Assembly (NCBI GenBank): GCA_020852955.1
Contig: JADYZW010000035.1
Location: 26,024-90,023, forward strand
Reading direction: 5' to 3'
Origin: Deltaproteobacteria bacterium
GTDB lineage: Bacteria > Desulfobacterota > Binatia > UTPRO1
Length of the DNA: 64,000 nt
Shown: positions 61,001 through 64,000 of the stretch, in pieces
Numbering within the stretch: position 1 is the stretch's first letter
Layout of the letters: each line of letters begins with the position of its first letter
The notes under the pieces: model-generated
Database searches by the model: none
Seen by the model: the letters and a program-made list of their open reading frames with translations, nothing else
What the model was told of the DNA's origin: nothing
Made by a program: the position numbers and the translations under genes

Positions 61001-61536
61001 GTCCGGGGCACGGACGCGGCGATGGTCCACGCCCCCGAGCAGATCTGCGCGTCGGCGAGGCACGCGATCGCGTCGTCGACGTCGTCGACGAGGGGGCTCG
61101 GCGCCACCGCGCACCGGTCGACGACTCCCGCGAACCCTACGCCTTCGGCGGGGAGGAGGCTCGCGGCGTCGCAGCGTTTGCGGACGTTCGCGCGCAGCGC
61201 CGCCAGGAGCGTCGCCTGCTTCTCGTAGGACTGCCCGCAGGCCGCCGAGGCGCGGAAGACGCAGCCGGCATCGTCGGGCCGCCCCATGAGGCAGCGCACC
61301 AGCCCGCCCACGCACTTGCCCGCGTCGCGGTCGCGCGCCGCCGCGTAGCGGTCGGCGGCCGACGCGAGCGCCTTCTGGCACCGGAGCGCGGCCGCCAGCC
61401 GGGGGGCGACGGCGTACCCGGCCTCGCTCGGCGCGTCGGACGCCACCGACACCAGTAGGGCGACGACGACGCACGCGACGCGGCGTCGACGACGCCGCCC
61501 GGTCGGATGGAAGGGGAGATCGGGAGCCACGAGCAT
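58048..61536 (-). CDS. secreted GSDH-family dehydrogenase fused to a SO2930-like di-haem cytochrome c, with Cys-rich N-terminus
   Basis: EEGLLGLAFHP, GLRNPWR; LSATGCF, PLWSDGA.K.R, LETR; CVRCH and CGHCH; MPP. Confidence 0.88.
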   Translation of the reverse strand: MLVAPDLPFHPTGRRRRRRVACVVVALLVSVASDAPSEAGYAVAPRLAAALRCQKALASAADRYAAARDRDAGKCVGGLVRCLMGRPDDAGCVFRASAACGQSYEKQATLLAALRANVRKRCDAASLLPAEGVGFAGVVDRCAVAPSPLVDDVDDAIACLADAQICSGAWTIAASVPRTVGLLAASGALSSLPVGSSCLPDWTAPRAGAAGEIGRQAAPCTAAMLKDGARDQDAWRGAYDRCLGALFACGDPSGGDDACWGRAATTCDAAFRKAPVVDPAAVAVAGACGEARVPFALLASPDGANAGALGALCATVGIAFLDDAGEWRACLARTAGCEVAAATTFVYPRADALLARIGRSRVPAFCPGFVPVPTRTPTPTATRTPTATATRTVTPTRTPTPTRTATPSVTPTPTSTATRTPTPTRTATRTATPGNGGTSTPAPTFTPNGACDADPAPHGLAGRPVGGTCRLDGSPEQFPTLEVARAFAGLTFNAPVQITYAPDGSDRLFVVEQTGRIKVFANDDGVASAGTFLDLSPALTYANGEEGLLGLAFHPAYAANGYFYVFYSASNPRRSVVARYQVSADPDVAVAASGQVVLTVGQPFENHKGGHLGFGPDGMLYVPLGDGGSGGDPYDYAQNPNDLRGKILRLDVDHADPGLAYAIPPDNPFVGVAGARGEIWALGLRNPWRMTFDRLAHTLWVGDVGQDAWEEIDVIERGANYGWRKMEGAACYNPLSSCVSPGFTAPLAAYGHGNGACAVIGGVVYRGTALPELYGAYVFGDYCNGKISALRWDGGAPAVQPLATHAFGLSSFGEDRDGEIYLTNVSSGQIMRLRRPGGAPPDGVFPLTLSATGCFDDLATRRPAPELIPYDVQSPLWSDGAGKRRFLALPENGTIGYTATGGWSLPVGTILVKEFDLELERGNPASRRALETRFLVRRAGGWEGYTYQWNDAQTEAYLLDSATTATFQVTDPAQPGSPIAHTHSFPSRGDCVRCHNSPAGAIGLQTAQMNRVHDYGGVSDNQLRAFEFAGLFGGCLPARPASLPRLADPSDATASLDARARSYLHANCGHCHRPQGGAPVQINLLAETALASTFICGALPQAGDLGVPGARIVSPGHPEQSVLWLRAALRGQQQMPPLATLIEDAEGSALLADWITSLGGCP

Positions 61537-61637
61537 CGGTACCGGCAACGGCGGCGGATCGCGGCGGGGGGTCGCCGACGCGCGACGGTGGTATCGGGAA
61601 ATCCGCCGGGAAGCAATTCACCGGCGCCATACGGTCT

Positions 61638-61675
61638 GCGCGGGTCGGGCGTGCCGCGGCACGCCCGACCCGCGC
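61638..61675. repeat. perfect 38-bp palindrome
   Basis: gcgcgggtcgggcgtgccg|cggcacgcccgacccgcgc, 6 nt past the stop at 61682. Confidence 0.7.
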
Positions 61676-61681
61676 CCCGTC

Positions 61682-64000
61682 TCAGGGGTTGCAGGCGATC
61701 TTCAGCGAATCGACGTCCGCCTTGCCGGCGCTGTCCTCGGTCCGGAGGCGGATCACCTTGCGCGTGAGGCGCCCGTTGCGGATCGGGATCCGCAGATACG
61801 CGGTCACGCAGTGGTCCTGGGTCGTGAGCGCGGTATGGTACTGGATCGTGTTGACGTGGTTCCCGAGCACGAGGTTCGAGCCGAGCGAGCGGAACAGCGT
61901 GCTCAGGTCGCGGCCGATCTTCGCGTCGTCCGGCTTCTTGCTGTCGGGCTTCGGGCTCTTGATCGTCAGCGCCTTCACGTCGGACGGGAAGCAGGCGCTT
62001 CCCTGCAGACGCGGGTCGTTGTTGTTGAGGCAGATCATGACGTGCGCCACGCAGCTGCCGTTGGTCGCGCCGTCGAAGTCCGTGCCGCCGCCGTCGTTGA
62101 TGACGAAGCTGTTCTGCTTGAGGGTCTTCTCGGTCAGCGGCGCATCCACGAAGAACTCGGTCGCGCAGTCGGTGGTGGGGCTCCCGCCGCCCGGCGCGCA
62201 GCGGCCGGGGGCGGCCTCGGTGCAGCCCGCGAAGGACGGATAGGTCTCGCGTGACGCCGCGTTCGCCACCACGTCCGCCGTGTAGAGGTAGGTGTCGTGA
62301 TAGCCGTTGCCGAGCCAGAGGTTCACCTGGTCGCCGAAGTGCGGCCGACCGACCACGCCGTCCTCGCCGCCGGGAATGACGTTCTTCGCCACGATGGCGC
62401 CGCTCGCCATCTCGACGACGCTCCGGCGGTTGGCGCCGCTGCCGAACGCCAGGCTCGTGGCCGAGGTCGGGCGCAGCCCGTAGTTCGCCACGTCCACCGT
62501 GAAGCGCGCGCCGTCGGACGGCATGCCGGGCGGGAAGCCGCCGGCCGGCTGGGGCGGGATGCTGTACGCGCCGCCGCCGGTGATGAACGTGCCGTTCATG
62601 TCGCCGTCGATGAAGCTGTTGAAGACGACGTAGTGGACCTTGCCCCACAGGTAGTCGTCGACGTTGGTGGAGTTCGCGAACGCCGAGGTGAAGCCGGCGC
62701 CCGAGAGCAGGTTCAGCGCGTCCTGGAGGCTCTTCACGAGGAGGATGTCGCGCTCCTCCTCGGCCGAGAGCGTCACGCTCGTATCGTCGAAGAAATTGAT
62801 CCCGGACGCGCCGACGCCCGTGAACGGCACGCGCGTCAGCAAGCGGTTGAGCCCGCGCAGGCCCTCGATCACGCCCTGGCGGTAGCCGATGCCGGCCGCC
62901 GCGAGCCGCGTGTCGAACGTGCGATCCATGAGGCGCCCGACCGCCACGTTGTAGAGGGTCGTCGCGACGCTGTCGACGAGCTCTTGCGGCGTCGGCGTGC
63001 CGGGGTCGCCCGGCGTATCGAAGCCCGCCGGCGCGTTGTACGTCCAGCTGGCGAGCCGATTGCGCGCGTCGAGGATCTTCGCGTTCACCAGGCCCGCGAG
63101 CTCCGGCGGCGCGCCGCCGAGACCCGCATGGTCGACGGCGTCGACGAAGTACGGCGCGAGACGCTTGCCTTCCATCTGGTTCACGTCGGCCTGCATGCGC
63201 TCCATGTCGGCCATCGAGATCACGCCGTCGCCGGCCGGAGTGCCCGGCGGCGTCGAGATGAGGTTCAACTCGCTCTTGATGAGCTCGGTGATGCGGGCTG
63301 CCCGGAACTCGTCGTAGCCGGGGCTCAGGTACGGGCCGGTGCCGGCGAGCGCCTCGTTCAGCGCGTCGTTGTCGGCCGTGTTGCCGACCGGATCGTTGTT
63401 GGCGTTCACCCACCAGTGCGCGGGCGGATTCTCGATCTGCGGCACCTCCGCCGCGGGCACGACCTCGTAAGGCACGGCCTGGTCGGCCGGTTGCGGACCG
63501 CCGAGCGTCTTCCACTCGTTGCCGGTGGTGCCGTCGCGCACCAGGTACGGCGGATTGCCGTGCACCGTACCCGCATCGAGATCCTCGCGGATCGGGAACT
63601 CGCCGCTCGCGAAGTACGCGATGTTGCCGAGGACGTCGGCGTAGCCCCAGTTCTGGGAGCCGAAGTCGAAGAACTGGAGCCCCTGCTTGAAGGTCGCGAG
63701 ATCGGTCGCCGTGTTCCAGACGTAGAAGGTATCGAGCTCGCGCGTCGCGTAGGTGCCCGTGAACTTGACGGTGAGCGCGCTCCCGACCTGATTCGCCTGG
63801 AACGGATTTCCCGGCGCCGCGGTGTGCGGGATGGTGAGCGTCTGCGGGAAGATCGCCCCGTGGCGCGTGACCACCATGCGACGCGGCGGCACGAAGTTCG
63901 CCAGGAGCTTGGTGGCGTCGAACGTGCCCTTCACCGAGGCGAGGGGCACCGACGACGCGAACGCGATCACCTGCCGCTCGAGCCCGCCGACCGCCTCGTT
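61682..64000 (-). CDS. penicillin acylase family (Ntn-hydrolase), 5' end outside the window
   Basis: RHG, QNWGYAD..GNIAY, NP.....NANN, RAARI, IPGGE.G..PHF.DQ..LW. Confidence 0.85.
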   Translation of the reverse strand, partial: NEAVGGLERQVIAFASSVPLASVKGTFDATKLLANFVPPRRMVVTRHGAIFPQTLTIPHTAAPGNPFQANQVGSALTVKFTGTYATRELDTFYVWNTATDLATFKQGLQFFDFGSQNWGYADVLGNIAYFASGEFPIREDLDAGTVHGNPPYLVRDGTTGNEWKTLGGPQPADQAVPYEVVPAAEVPQIENPPAHWWVNANNDPVGNTADNDALNEALAGTGPYLSPGYDEFRAARITELIKSELNLISTPPGTPAGDGVISMADMERMQADVNQMEGKRLAPYFVDAVDHAGLGGAPPELAGLVNAKILDARNRLASWTYNAPAGFDTPGDPGTPTPQELVDSVATTLYNVAVGRLMDRTFDTRLAAAGIGYRQGVIEGLRGLNRLLTRVPFTGVGASGINFFDDTSVTLSAEEERDILLVKSLQDALNLLSGAGFTSAFANSTNVDDYLWGKVHYVVFNSFIDGDMNGTFITGGGAYSIPPQPAGGFPPGMPSDGARFTVDVANYGLRPTSATSLAFGSGANRRSVVEMASGAIVAKNVIPGGEDGVVGRPHFGDQVNLWLGNGYHDTYLYTADVVANAASRETYPSFAGCTEAAPGRCAPGGGSPTTDCATEFFVDAPLTEKTLKQNSFVINDGGGTDFDGATNGSCVAHVMICLNNNDPRLQGSACFPSDVKALTIKSPKPDSKKPDDAKIGRDLSTLFRSLGSNLVLGNHVNTIQYHTALTTQDHCVTAYLRIPIRNGRLTRKVIRLRTEDSAGKADVDSLKIACNP

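Noticed and set aside
61612..61630. TGGCGCCGGTGAATTGCT (minus) as a sigma54 promoter
   Set aside because: GG-to-GC spacing is 12, not the strict 10.

Overview
A very GC-rich (by eye >70%), densely coding bacterial chromosome segment with about 46 CDS. I found no recognisable rRNA, tRNA, CRISPR array, prophage or IS. Many secreted proteins carry Cys-rich CGDG..EECDDG repeats, dockerin-like pairs and Pro/Thr linkers, which suggests a deltaproteobacteria-like lineage such as Ca. Binatota (inference only). Housekeeping and metabolic genes include an aldehyde dehydrogenase, glgP, ftsH, metH, yfbR, fbaB, recQ, mprF and apaG. The most notable locus is a 5-gene minus-strand operon (19004-26243) that looks like a variant synthase-dependent exopolysaccharide system. 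It encodes a TPR/beta-barrel exporter, a PgaC/IcaA-like GT2, a 66-aa membrane protein and a membrane-anchored CE4 deacetylase. It is headed by a protein with an intact receiver, a degenerate KaiC/RecA-like ATPase and a degenerate GGDEF domain, i.e. the BcsE domain set in a different order. Other points of interest: an output-less membrane sensor behind a sigma54-type promoter, cell-surface modules reused across secreted proteins, a histidine-kinase remnant beside a WYL regulator, a 6-codon uORF overlapping the metH start, and several candidate leaderless genes. All calls come from motif reading only; no database searches were run.
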